NCBI GenBank assembly: GCA_015680685.1
Contig: MNCI01002119.1
Location: 62,001-126,000 of the forward strand
Origin: Gnetum montanum
Taxonomy: Eukaryota; Plantae; Gnetophyta
DNA: 64,000 nucleotides
Direction: 5' to 3'
How positions within the stretch are numbered: the first letter of the stretch is position 1; each line of letters opens with the position of its first letter. A model generated the notes under the pieces. It was not told where the DNA came from and ran no database searches. It saw nothing but the letters and a program-made list of their open reading frames with translations. This document shows positions 1-12,834 of this stretch, one piece after another. A program made the translations under genes and the position numbers.

Positions 1-1024
1 ACAATAAAAAAATTGGGAATTTTAATTGGAATGAGTGTCTCAAATGTAAGAATACAAAAGGTAATCAAAATAAAGTTTCCCTACTTCCTGCTTACTACCA
101 CCATTTACTGCTAGTCCATTGCAGACGCTATCACAACCAACACTACTCACCTATAGCCGCCAGATGAGGGAGGGAGAGAGAAGAGGTTGGATGAATTGGC
201 CCACTAATGTGTCTCTAATGCATGAATAGAACTTGCCCCATCACCAGTATGAAAGAAGGAAATTTGTCCCTATTTGGAGAACCTTGCCATGGATGACCCG
301 CCTACAAAAAATAGAATAGAACTGTAGAATCCACACCTACAATTGTTGCAAGAACACAATAGAGAGAGTGTGTGAGAACAAGCTGCCAGATCTTGATGTC
401 ACATGCTGGTAGATGTGTTGTTGTCTCTAGTCCTACGTCTACTACCATCATAGGTCTACCGTGAAATGGGAAAAGAAAACCATCACCTCTTGGTTTCCTA
501 CTGAGATTGTTGACTGCCATCCACGCAGCTCTATCATTGCTGACTATTGCTAGTCCATTGCCAAGAATAAAAAACAAGACTACCGAACCTACAGATCGTG
601 CTTGTCGTCCATGCACATTAACTACATTGTTGTCACCCCAAGAAAAATAAGAGAAGATGGAGAGAGAAAAACCCACTGTCCATTGGTTTCTGAGCCCCTA
701 GAGATCCCCCCTACCCATCTACATGTGCCTCAATGGAGAGAGGTGCAGCTGTTCAAGAATAGAGCCTAATTTGTTAAGGAAGCCCTTGCTCCCCCTCCCC
801 CCACCCCCCTTAACATCGCCTTCGTTCTTTGCTTTATAGTAGCCTACTAGTGATGTTTCACCTCCTTGCATGTCAATCCATCTTCCCACATGTCATTCCA
901 CCTCCCCACACGTTAGTCCACCTTCATGCACATTAACATTACTTGGTGAAATGATATGTGATTTTGCAGGACAGTTTTGTTGATCATGGCCCCATGCAAT
1001 AGCATGGGTAAGGTTGGCCATAAT
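1..1024 (-). mobile_element. LTR-like dispersed repeat (family Z, copy 1); left extent uncertain
   Basis: ~740-1024 aligns by eye with 12542-12834 (gctgttc..gctaatttgttaagga..gcctactagtgatgtttcacctcc..ggttggcca). The second copy reads TGTTGTGGCC on the minus strand, an LTR-like terminus. Confidence 0.45.
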
Positions 1025-2418
1025 AGAAACTTGGAAGAAGCTATTAATATGGTAGAATCACAACATCCTCTCCTTCACAAAAGGGATGAAGCTAAAAGCT
1101 GAGCGTTTTCTTCTTAGTAGTGATTCCAATTTCCATGTGTTCTTTTTCCTCTAAACATGCAACCTTGAAAATGTTCTATACAACAATGATTCTCCTAGGT
1201 ATGCTTCATGACATGTATAATTTAGTTGCTATTAGCCCTGAAATGTTGACACACTTCAATGTATATTGATTTTATTGATTATATCTCTTGATTACTTGTT
1301 CATTGTCAGCCTCTTATGTCAATTGTTGCTATTGAAGATAGCTTGCTTTGCTTTTTAATCCCATGTTCTTGTATATGTTCTTTTCTAAACTTTCTAGCTT
1401 CCTAAATTTTTACAGTGAAGTGCTATTGCCATTATTCTTATTAGATTTGTCATCTCAAACCTAAAATAAGAAAATTTTATTAAAATGGAAGCATTTTTTA
1501 CTTTGCATTTAGATGTTTGATTTTCAAATTCAGTTTTTTAAACATTTTAAATACTATTTCTGGGACAAGCCTAATGATTCACAATATTGTTCAGTATGCT
1601 AAATGTAGATACAAGATATTTGATTTAGTTAATAACCTATAAAATTTTTCTTTTTTGTTTGTGCAGTGTTTCATAAAAAGCACAAGTCGTAGCCCACGTC
1701 AACTCCCACCAGCTTCAAAGAAATATCTCGAAAGACCCTCTATGCAGGACTATGCCTAAGCAAATGGAATCTTTATATTTTCCATTTTACTTTAAAAATA
1801 AATACTACCATGTTTACGTAGGGAAACTGATTATGGTTCACTGCTTCATGTTTTTTTTGTACCATCCAATGGTTCAATACAGAAGTACAATTTTTGGACT
1901 GCTGTGACTTTTATACAAGTTCCCATTTACTGCATAACACAAAAATTGAGTAAACTAAAATAGAAAAAAGCTATTTAAGGTTTTCTTTTATCTAAATTTC
2001 TGTAAACCATTTTATATATAATAATTCTCTTTTCATTTTTTAGTAAAGGAATTGCTTGGCAAGTAACATATATTCATCTGGTAGTCAATAAACCAATGAA
2101 CCGCAACCCCCCAAAAACATGATACTACACACCAAAGGAATTTGTTTGAATCCAATCCATTGCAGACACTTCTAAGAACCCATTTCACTAAACCTGATGT
2201 GACACATAGCCAACCCACAACATGGGCTAAAGCAAAAGCAATTAGCACACTGAAGACAACTAAGGGCATAAGCAAACAATTGGAACACGTACTGGAACAT
2301 TTTGAATACACTCATAATAGAGATTATACTTATTGCAGCAATTTAAACATAGCCACAACAACAAGGATTGGAGCAGCCAAATTAAGGTAGAAAAATGTGA
2401 TGAAAAACCTTTCATGAC

Positions 2419-2547
2419 CAGCTGGTTTGATGGGCACAACCCTTAAATGGCTGTACTTTTAAATGTAATGCACCAGCGTCTAGTCTTCTTGAGGAGTCAA
2501 TGGCCCTTCTTCAGTCCCACCTTGTCCGAGGCGGGGGACCTACCCAT
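2419..2547 (-). pseudogene. R2R3-MYB transcription factor, exon 1 only, disrupted
   Basis: Minus strand reads [15 protein letters not shown], then after a 1-bp frameshift PLTPQED*TLVHYI*KYSH..., ending GCT G|GT. This matches the [22 protein letters not shown] pattern and the usual phase-1 first intron of plant R2R3-MYBs. Two stops; no exon 2 found. Confidence 0.8.
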
Positions 2548-3448
2548 TGTACAAGCATAAAACTAGGAATTGCCAAAGGGATGGGAACAAACAAAAAGTA
2601 ATATAAAGATCTCAACCACAAGAAAGAGCAATGAATCTAAATGCAAAGGCTAATAAGTAGAGCCATAGGACCAAGAGCAAACTATGCTACTGTATAGTCA
2701 GGCATAAATTTCTGGCAGGGGTAGCTAAGTAAAGTGGATGTTTTTCAAGTAGGATGATGTTCATTCAAGTCTTAGCATAAAGGTTGAGCTTTCACAAGTT
2801 CACTAACTTTCCCCTACCCAACATTAAAGCTCTAAGTAATAATCCTTTTAAGTATAAGTAGGAGGTTGGCTCAATTGAGGAAAAACCATTATTTTCTCAC
2901 CGTAATTTTGTAACTTCGAATTTTCTTGCATCAATGCTTTCATTCATGGTTACATTACATGCACTGTACTAACATTGTATACCCTCTTCCTTTTCTTTCT
3001 CTATTCAAATTTCATTCCCTGAGTGTGCTTCTTATGTTTTGATTCTCTAATCAAAATTAATAGCTTTGCCCTTGAATTTTTAATCTCCCTAACAGAGCTT
3101 TATTATGTTTTGTAAACTCATAGTATCTATTGCACAAATAATACATTTTCATGATGAAAAATATAGATAGACTTTACAAATTGACAAAGCACCAATAGAT
3201 GCATCAAAAACAAATCATCCAGGGTGTTTCTATTGTAACATTATAATGCTATCTTAGATGGATAGTCATAGCACAAGATAGAAACACACATAACTTATCT
3301 TTTAAGGGCTCCTGATATGCACAATCTGCAAATGTGCTTTTCTTAGGGGAGTTGAATCCATCTTTCACTTTCAATTCAAGCAAAGCTTGCTGCTAACATT
3401 CTGATACTTGATAGGAATAATTACCTCTGGTTTATTAGATCTACCATG

Positions 3449-4576
3449 TGTTGGAGTTATGTGACAATAGATCAGGATTATTGGGTCATGGGCCAATTTT
3501 GATTACAAATGGTTTCTTTATGCATATTTGTGTAACATTCTGAAACTCTCTTGTAATTCTAGTCTACAAAAATATATAATGAAACTCTAGTGTGGTGGTG
3601 AATACGTGGTGATCTTGCTAAACCACAGAAAGTCTATGTGTTCTGTGTGTGCTTATTTTTCCTATTCTTTGTTTGCTTGATTCATTTTCTAACAAATTGG
3701 TATCATAGCGAGGTTTGCGAAGGATCAGTTGTAGCAATGGCATCTAAGGATGGGAAAGTTAGGATTAACAAGTTTGTTGGGATGGACTTCAGGTTCTAGA
3801 AGATGCAAATCAAAGTTTATCTATACTAGAAGAAGTTGCATGAACCGCTGTTGGGGAAGAAGCTAGATCATATGAGCAAAGAGGATTGGGAACTATTAAA
3901 TTGTCAATCTCTTAAGGTGATTCGTTTGACATTATCAAAGAACATTGCATTCAATATCGTCAATGAAAAGACTACTCAAGTTTTGAAGAAGGCCTTATCA
4001 GATATGTATGAGAAGCCATCCACCTCAAACAAGGTATATCTAATGCATTGATTGTTCAATCTAAGGATGTTTGAAGGTAAGTCAATTAAAGATCACATCA
4101 ATGAGTTCAATGTGATCAGGAGTTAGTTGAGTTTTGTGGAAATTGACTTTGATGATGAGATCAAAGCATTGATCTTGTTATCATCACTACTTGATAGCTA
4201 GTCTGCAATAGTTACTATAGTTAGCAGTTCATCAAGAAATCGAAAACTAAAGTTGTTTGGAGTTCAAGATCTAATTCTTAGTGAGGATATACATAGAAGG
4301 GAGTCAAGTGAATCCTTAGGTTTTTCCTTGAGTAATGAAGGTAGAGGTAGAAATATTTAACAGGGAAAAAATCAAGGCCATGGAAAACCAAAGTCCAAGG
4401 TAAGAAGTTAATCCAAGGATTGCAAGAATGTCACCTATTGGAATTAAAATTAGAAAGATCACCTTAGAAAATAGTGCATGAAATTAAAGAAAGAAAAGAA
4501 AAATTATCATGATGATTCAATGAATGTAGCTACTGAAGAAATTGCTAATGCCCTAGTTTATTGTGTGGAGAGTGGT
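3449..4576 (+). mobile_element. Ty1/Copia 5' fragment: LTR 3449-3694, PBS 3698-3709, degenerate gag from 3737; cut by the Athila-like LTR
   Basis: TGTTGG...CTAACA termini; PBS tggtatcatagc (tRNA-iMet type); gag MASKDGKVRINKFVGMDFRF*KMQIKVYLY*KKLHEPL...ALSDMYEKPSTSNKVYLM; degenerate zinc knuckle near 4430-4480. Confidence 0.9.
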
Positions 4577-5400
4577 TGATGAGTGGCGAGGTACCCCTAC
4601 ACTCAACCATATGAATAAGAGCATTACACGTGTAATCCAGTCGAACTCCGTAGACAAATTAGTTGTGGCATCTAGACAGTTAGCCTTAGGTTGCAGTTCG
4701 TTGTCTTCCCACATGGGCTAGTATTAGATTTGTCATGTATGGTTTAGTCCAAAGTGAGGTTTATGATGTGTTCTAACCTAATGCTACTCCTAAAGGCAAT
4801 GGAAAGTAATATTCACTAATCTAGGAGAGAGAGGGTAAGAGAATCTAAACTAGCCTAAGTGTGATGAGCATCCGTTCCTTGATTATCCGTACACATCTTG
4901 GACTTCATGCATGAATACTACTAGGATTACCAAGCACAGATCCTAGGTACGCTACTGGCTTATCAAGTAGTCACACTTACATGCTTGTAATCAAGTCGTA
5001 CTCATTTCACGTTTTAACATGAGTTTAAGGGTGAGAGATATTAACTAAGAAAGCAATAAATAACAATTAATTAAATGATTAAAATAAGTGAATGCTGCAA
5101 TGATGAAGTAATCTCAATCTTTATTTCCAGTCATGTGCGTGTCCAAGTACGTCACACTCGAATAAAGGATGTCGTAGAATTACATTCACCACACTGCGGG
5201 AATACATGGAGAGGAAAAGGGTTGAGAGAGAGAAAATGAAAACTAAAATTAAAAATAATTCTAAATTGAGTAATGATCTAATGATTTCTAACTCATTTTT
5301 CTACCTCTTATTTATAAATGAGAAGACAGGCTGCAATATCGTGGGTTGGGCTACGATATCGCGTACGCGATATCATGATCACCTAAAATACAACTCATCA
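4577..5400 (-). repeat. 3' LTR of Athila-like element A (824 bp)
   Basis: Reverse-complement similarity to 30774-31581; inverted termini; TATA at ~5308-5318 (minus); palindrome GATATCGCGTACGCGATATC at 5355-5374. Confidence 0.88.
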
Positions 5401-5564
5401 TACCCCCATGACTAAATGAAAAATCATCCTTGAGTTACAGTGATTACACAGTGGATAGGTATGGGATTATTGGATGGTAAAAATGGGATTATGCCATAGT
5501 GTGGAATGAAAACAAAACAAAGACATAACACAAAAATGTGCTACAACTACAAAATTTGTGGAAC

Positions 5565-8350
5565 TCATGTAGTTCCTAGTGGTGGTGGCTCCTCCATTGG
5601 TGCTTTTCCTTTGTCTTGTGCTCCAGGATTTGAGACTTGATGGCATTGAAGTATGGCCTGGAGTTTCTCCTCTTCAATCTGAGGGTCTTGTGTCATCCAT
5701 GCTAATGTTCTGATGTTTGATGGAGTCGGCACATTCCATGAACAAAGTAGTTGTGGAAACATTTGATTGGCCTTGACATACTAAGCCACAAATACCCAAC
5801 GTTCCTCTTTGTAGGCTCTGCATTTATCTTTGTATTCCTAGAAATCCACAAGCCATCAAGCCAAATCCCCTATGACATCCTTGTGGCCCTGGTAGCTTGC
5901 TTTAACCACCTCAAGTTCAGAATTTGCAATCTCGAGTTTTTCCAACAACTTCTTATGTTTTGCAAATTCTGCTTTGTATTTAACATAGGTGGTTTCTACC
6001 TGCTACTTGAGCTCTGTCCTCGGGTTCCTTGCTATTAACATGGCAAGGTTGGTATACTGCAAGTTTGCCAACTCCATGTATTCTGTCAAATCCTGAATCT
6101 GCAGGTCCCAGTTCTTAACTTCTGCTTCGTGGGAAAAAGCATATGTGTCCAATATGGCCAGCCAATCAGTTTGTTGAGCACTGATAGCATTGATGTGGGC
6201 CTTGGCCATATGGATCTCCTTCTTAAGGATCTATTTTTACATCCCCACCTGATCTCAGAAGTGCTCCTTCAGCTTTTCATGTCGTTTAGCCTCATTTTTC
6301 CACGTGCTTATTTCAATAGTTTTCTTTTGGTGAATTGCGTGTACCTCCTCCATTGAGAGGGTTCTATTCACCTTGGCTAAATGACTTATGTCTTGGTTGA
6401 CCCAGATGAATTATTCTCGCAATTGATGAAAATGTTCCTTGAGAACATTCTTTCGCTTTTCCATAGTGGTCAACCGAAGGTTGTTGGCAATGAGTTGTTT
6501 ATTTTCTTCTTGTAAGGTGATGAGTGCTTTGAGATGTGCATGAGTTTGCACCTGTGCTATAGAGGCATCCCAAACAACCTTCTCTTTTTCATCAACCACC
6601 TTTTATTCTCTGTGATTAGCTTGGTTAGTTGCTCAGTTCTGAAATTATCTAGCTGGTCTGTGGGAACAAATTACAGAGGATCCCACTGTACTGCTTGTGG
6701 AGCCATGAGCTGTTCTTGCAATTTCTACACTTCTGCTTTCACATGCTCGACCCTCACTTATGTTAAGAACAGCTTCCCCTTTGTGGAAAGGAGGTTTGAC
6801 TAAATTTCCATAACATCCAGAGGGATGTTAAATAGGGATGTCATTACTTGCCCTATTTGGAGCAATCGATCAAGCGCATCCTCATGTTCCGCAGGAGTCA
6901 TTAAGGTTCTGGCCAAAGTTTGAGCATCATGTGCTCCTGTGAGATCTGCGGGTGGCACAACAGGTACATTGAATGATTCTTTGATGTGGTCCATGACCAC
7001 TTCTATAGCTCCCATGGAACCCTGGTGTTGCATGACCACCATAGTGGCCCCTTCACTAGTTTCTAATTGTACCTAGAAAAATGTTGTGTTTCCTGAGATC
7101 TGTTGTGACCATCTACTTTCCCCTCCTCCTATGTGAATAGATACTTCACCCCTTTTGCGATCCATAGAAACTATGGGCTAAATATCATCATTGATGATGT
7201 GGAAGAGGTTTGAGTCATCATGACTTTCCCAACTGACCATCTCAGCGATGGCTCTAAGATGGCTCATCGATGGTCTGTAGTCTTGCAGTGGTGGTTGATC
7301 CTGGCCTATGCTAGCCCTTGCTTCCTATTGTTGGCTAAGTCTTGTACTTGGAGGTTGGCTAGGACCTGTAAGTTGAGTTGCAATTGGTCTAGCTGTTTGT
7401 TCTTCTTCTTCTTTTGGTCCCAACGTCTTACCAGTAATTTTCCTTGCGACTTGTGGCTTTAACAGTTTTGCATAGGAAGCATTTTGGGCTTTTTAGAGGA
7501 CATCATTGGTGTACCCCTTGATACCAGCATGTCGGCAAAGCTTTCTGATAAGACAAGGGAAAGGCAACGCCATCTTCCCTATCTTCTATTCCTTGAACCT
7601 CCTTAGGATCTCCGTTAAATATAGATGAGGCAAGTTAGTATTAACCTTTCCCATCAACACTGTACATCCTCTTGCCGCATACATTGATATCCTTTTTAAG
7701 CCCTTCATGGGATAGAGGTGATATGTTCCAATTTTGAAGTAGATCCTCTCTTCCATCATCAACTCACAAAATGTTTTATCTCTGCCATAAGCCCTTTCTA
7801 ACCAATCTCGTCACACATTGGGGTCTGAATAGGTGGATAACTAAGCAACTTTTGGCCCTATATTCAGAAGGTTTAACACTTCCAAAATGACCTATGTGGA
7901 GAAATCAACTATCACACCACAAATATTGACAGTGGTGCCTTGCTCCCTATTGTGCCAGAATTAGTATGTCTCCCCTAGGTACCATGCACTACTTTCAGAG
8001 AGGACAGGCCATAAGGGAGACCCTTTGAGATGATCCCTAATAGCCTCAAGAGCAAACTCTGCAAAAGATTCAAAGTTTAACTCCACAATCACCACAGCGA
8101 ATGTGGACTTTTCATGGATGGCCTAAACACAATCTTGGGGCAACGTAAGATGTTGTCCCTGTTCAAGCGCTGCAGTAGTTCCTCCTTCTGCCTGCCCAGA
8201 CTGTACGGTAGGAGGGTCCTCTTGATGAATACTAAATGATTGCTCCTCTTGTTCTACATGTTGTCCAGCAGGATCTTGTCTTCCACCTCTCCTGGGTCAC
8301 TTACTTCCACCTTGAGTAGGACCTTCCTTTTGTCCACGTTTCAGGGCCAT
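5565..8350 (-). pseudogene. Degenerate Athila env-like / accessory ORF (~930 codons) with coiled-coil-like C-terminal half
   Basis: ATG at 8350 directly after ctaac...tgattgcag. Reads MALKRGQKEG...FWHNREQGTTVNICGVIVDFST*VILEVLNL, resembling the V.G..V.FS...I..L.L motif of Athila accessory ORFs. ORF-track pieces 6800-7042, 6411-6599, 6003-6209 and 5565-5762 are collinear; many stops. Confidence 0.6.
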
Positions 8351-8827
8351 CTGCAATCACACAGGTCAAGCGTTAGTAAGGCTGTTTTTGAAATTAAGTT
8401 ATACCTTACTTCTTTCCTTAATTAATTAATTTTTTTATTTTCGTGTGATCTTGCCTAAAATATTATAATAATGAGTCTGTTTTACTTAGGTGGTTTTTTT
8501 CAATTTTAATCTGTCGGTGTACCTAAAGGGTTAAATGATTTTTTTTGGAACATTTCATTCTTAATTACAACTAATTACCCTTAATGATGTCCTTTTGGCG
8601 ATGATAAATTCCAAAAATGTTAGGTGCTATTTGGTAGGTTTCCCTCCCCCACGACTAAGCTGAACACTCTGAGTTCAAGCAGGTTCAGACGGGATTAAAA
8701 TTAGAGTACCAATGAGTGAGATAGAGGTTGAAAAGAAAAGGTGTCACACTTGCAAGTTGTAGAGAAAAATTTGAAAAACTCCCCCACGTGAATGATGAGA
8801 AATGAGGCTAAGTGTTATGGGGGGTTG

Positions 8828-8888
8828 CCTATTTATAGGGTTGGAGGGATGCAATATCATGTATGATACATCGCATACGTCATATCAT
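8828..8888 (-). promoter_or_regulatory. Putative internal promoter (GATATC-like repeats plus TATA) upstream of the env-like ORF
   Basis: Minus strand gatattgcatccctccaaccCTATAAATAGG mirrors the LTR U3 arrangement gatattgcagcctgtcttctcatTTATAAATAAG. Confidence 0.45.
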
Positions 8889-11083
8889 GGCCTATCAATG
8901 TTTTAGGCCCGAGGGAAAAATCAAATTTTTAGGGTTTTTTTGGAAAATAAAATATGAAAATAAGGACATGTGGCACATGTTAAAGGTTTCTAGGGTAATT
9001 CCATTAATTCAAAAGGCACAATTAATTATGATGGTGTGGGTTTTATCAATAAAACCTTGGATGGGAGAAAAAGGTTATGTAATGGTACATAGGAACGTTG
9101 AAATTCAGAGGGATAATAGTATGGAAAGAACATTATGAAAAATTATGCTGAGGGTAAGAAATGGTGTGTGTCAGCTATGTCATAAGTGAAGATTACAAAA
9201 GATTACACAAGTGGATCCTCCCCAGAGTAGGTTCCAACCTAGAATGCCCTTGTGTAACCACACTTAAAGTGTCCATGGGCACTAGAAGGGTTAAATGTAA
9301 TGCACACTAACTTCAAAAAACACACACATGTAATTATCACTGGAATGAGGTAAGAATTCTATGTTACACATGACATGAGCTACAATTACAAGAATAGTGA
9401 GATGAGACAATCTATAGAAAGGGATTGTAGAGATTGGAACATGAGGTAACTGACCCAGGGCATAGTGAATCCTACATGAAAAGCATGATTAAGGTGTCAT
9501 TAACCCGTCGTTCTAAGATCAAGATCAAGTCCATTCTTATAATTAGTGACATCACATTATTTCATCCCATGATGAGCAACTATGAGAGTACCATAACAAC
9601 AAGGCGTACAATCACTTGACATTTTGTTCAAGAGAGGAGTGATTTTTGTTTTGTGGCACTTCCTTTTTTTTTCTTTTTCTCTTTCTCTATTTTTTTTTCA
9701 ATTGTTGAATCCAGAGTAGCCACCAACCTCCAAACATGGGTGCATGTCTTTCTAGTGGAACCCCCTAGAATGGCATTGGATTTTTGAGTGCCCTTTTGAT
9801 TACTCTTACTCCCATTTTTTATTAGATCTACAAGGATCTTAGTACAACCACATTGCACGATAACTTCCACATAGGTCACCAAAGAGAATCCACCCACAAG
9901 TCCCTTGATGTCACACCCTAGTCATTCCCTCTTGGTCCATCCTTCTTCATTCTAGGTATAATGAACATAAAATTAATTTTAAGTTTTAAGAATTTCAAGA
10001 ATATCATTGTACCCTCAAACAGAACCTTTTATTTCTAGAATGGATGAGTGGGTGTAATGGGCTCACTATCCACATAATTGATTGTTCGAGACTTGATAAC
10101 ATAGAACATACCTCAACCAATGATCCACATGAGTGTTTTATTCACAGATGAGACTACTTGTAAAAAGACAAAAATACCAAAAAGACAAAAAGATAAAACA
10201 AGAAGTTGAAAAATGAAAAACTGGAAAAAAAAAGTTGTAAAATTAAAGAAAAATAAAAAATGGTTAATAATCCTAGTTGTTATTATGATGGGGGGTATCC
10301 CCCATAACTAAATGGTTGAGCATGGTAAGGATTAATAAATGGAAGATAAGGATCCTTGCATGTTGGAAATATTGGGGCCCGGTCATACTTACCCCATTGG
10401 GATTCACACTCTTGATTATAGTGAACATAGTGGGGCAATTTGTACGATGTAGTTCCCAGATAATGAGTTGACCCACTATGATGTTGGTGGCCAGAAGATG
10501 GTATGCAAGGATCAGGTTGTCACTCTCCATTCCAATGTTCATTGGGCCATATTATTGTTGGAGTGTGAGTTGGTGGCCCTGATGGAGTTACATGAGGTGC
10601 TGAGTTCAAAGATAAGGGTGCACCACAGTGTGGGACTTGTGCCAAGTTAGAGGATGCAGTGGCCTTGGAATTGTGTTGTCCCTTCGTACGGTCATGTTTA
10701 AAGAAGGGACACTTTGGATGTTGAGGCCTCTCACAGTTGTTGGTAGTAGCAGCACAAGTAACGTTCATGGGTTGTTGCAGTGGTGTAGACACCTTAGGAA
10801 TAGTTGGTGGTAATGTAGAAGGAGGGAAAAAATGAGAATGTTGAAAGTTAGGAGAAGTGTAGGATACACAAGGTGGTGGTTTTGTTGAAGAATGGGTGAT
10901 AGTATTGAGGAAAATGGTGGTATAGTGAGATAGAGTATGTTGGCCCAGCTGGAGAAACAAGGTACTGGACCAGATAAGCATTTGGCTTCAAATGATATGA
11001 AGGGTGTCTCCAATTTAGGGTTGGCTTCCCCCACGACTGGGATTGTTGCCACTGTGATCAAACACAGTATCTCTGTATGAACT

Positions 11084-11675
11084 CTAGGTGTAATGTGTTT
11101 CCCCAATGCTCATGTAAATGTAACAAGATTGGGCATTGGCCCTTGGGGTGATCATACAGGCATATGTTGCATTCATACGTATGATTGGCAGTTGAGCTCT
11201 TATTTTCCTTACCTCGTTTTTCCGACTGTCTATGTTTTTTCCTATTTCTTGGGTTGTCAAAACTCTATCTCCAATGATATCAATAAATTCTCCACATTTT
11301 TTATACGTCCATTCCAACATCTTATTGATCTTTTCCTTACCTCATCTAATGATTGTTGTATTGGAAAATATGGTTCTTTCTCCTTGTGTTAGGTTGATTT
11401 CTCCTTTTTACAATCATGGACCTTTGTTAAGTTGATATTTTGGTCCCGTTGATGTTTTTCAACACTCTTCTATCTAGTGATTTCTCCGTCTTCTTTTGCT
11501 ACCCGCTTAATAAGCTCTTGGACTTGATGGGTTCGTAGTTCGTATAGTTGACCTTAGGCATACATCCCTAGGGTTTCTCTTGTTGCATCACGAAGCCCAT
11601 CGATGTTATGATACATTAGCCTTTCATCGGAAATCCCATGGCCTGGATAGCTGTTTAATAGTGCATAATATCTAT
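11084..11675 (-). pseudogene. gag-like remnant of element A
   Basis: RYYALLNSYPGHGISDERLMYHNIDGLRDATRETLGMYA aligns with RYYALLKKCLGHEFSEERLMYHIIDGLHDKTRETLGMYA in the ORF at 32273. Confidence 0.75.
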
Positions 11676-11686
11676 TAGTGGGGGTA

Positions 11687-12541
11687 TGATGAGTCAACAA
11701 ATAAGCAACTTGATATCGGACCCACGATATCGAATATGCGATATTAGATGGGCCAAGTGACATTGAACACGTAATTTTAGAGCCTATCTAATTACCTATA
11801 AATAATAGACAAGGGTGCTTGGTCTTGGGTGGTAATTTTTCAATCCCTTAGTCAAACTCTTGCAGTTTTTCTATCTCAGAGTTAGAATTATTTCTGAGTG
11901 CCTACAGTAGAAGTCATAGAGTGAACGGATCTTTATTCAAGCATTGTGTACCTGAGCACACCTTATGTTTGGAAATAAAGATGAACTTTGTGATAAACCT
12001 TGCAACATTTAAAATAGCTTAATTATTGCATTTCATGTTATTTATTATTATTAGATGTTTTCAATAGTTAATTAATGTTATTTTCATAGAATTATTAATT
12101 ATCAATTACCAATGAATTAGCACACTCAGTACAACCACTTCAAGCATACGTAGAACACTTGGTAACCCAGTAACGACTAGTGTTTGGTAATCCCAGTAGT
12201 GTTACACTAATTCAGGATGTGTTCAGAGAGTGGGAACAGATGCTGGCGTTAGGATTTGATTCACATTAGAGTTAGAAAAATCCATTAGTTAATTAAATCT
12301 TTTCATTGCACACACTTAGGAGACCAGGATAGAAAATATAAAAAAAACATTAAAATCATACACCTCAAGTTTACTTAACCATACAATTGTGCCTTACAAG
12401 TAATCTTGGGAAGACAACGATTGCATAACTCATCCTTGTTCTACATAGGTGCATAATCACTTAATCCTTGGAGTTCGACTGGATCACATGTGAATGCTCA
12501 TATTCATATGATTGGGTGTAGGGGTACCTTATCACTCATCA
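11687..12541 (+). mobile_element. Athila-family 3' LTR with PPT (related subfamily), opposite orientation to element A
   Basis: tagtgggggta|TGATGAG start; end gtgtaggggtaccttatcaCTCATCA shared with the LTR ends at 31581 and 24319; TATA near 11796. Confidence 0.82.
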
Positions 12542-12834
12542 GAGATGTAGCTGTTCGAGAAGAGAGGCTAATTTGTTAAGGAGGCCCTTGCTCCTCCCCT
12601 GACGTTGTCTTCATTCTCTACTATATAGCTGCCTACTAGTGATGTTTCACCTCCCTACACATCGGTCCACCTCTCAGCACGTTAGTTCACCTTCTCACAT
12701 GTTTGTTCACCTTCCTGCATATCGGTCCACCTTCCCACACATTAACATTGCTTTATAAAATGGTATATGATTTTATAGGGTAGTTTTGTTGATCATGACC
12801 TTGTGCAATAACATGGGCAAGGTTGGCCACAACA
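12542..12834 (-). mobile_element. LTR-like repeat family Z, copy 2, truncating the kinase domain
   Basis: Homologous to 740-1024. Kinase similarity stops at ...LLDENI exactly where TGTTGTGGCC begins on the minus strand. Confidence 0.6.

Larger units (their letters stand above)
4577..11675 (-). mobile_element. Athila-like Ty3/Gypsy element A, 5'-truncated; gag plus env-like ORF, no pol seen
   Basis: 3' LTR 4577-5400 with TGATGAG/CTCATCA termini and adjacent PPT (minus atgggggta). The gag remnant at ~11084-11675 is homologous to 32273-32716 of copy B, which has a tRNA-Asp PBS. Confidence 0.8.

Noticed and set aside
1025-1759. Possible two-exon gene remnant (donor near 1199, acceptor near 1666)
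   Set aside because: In-frame stops, inconsistent phase and no recognisable protein family.
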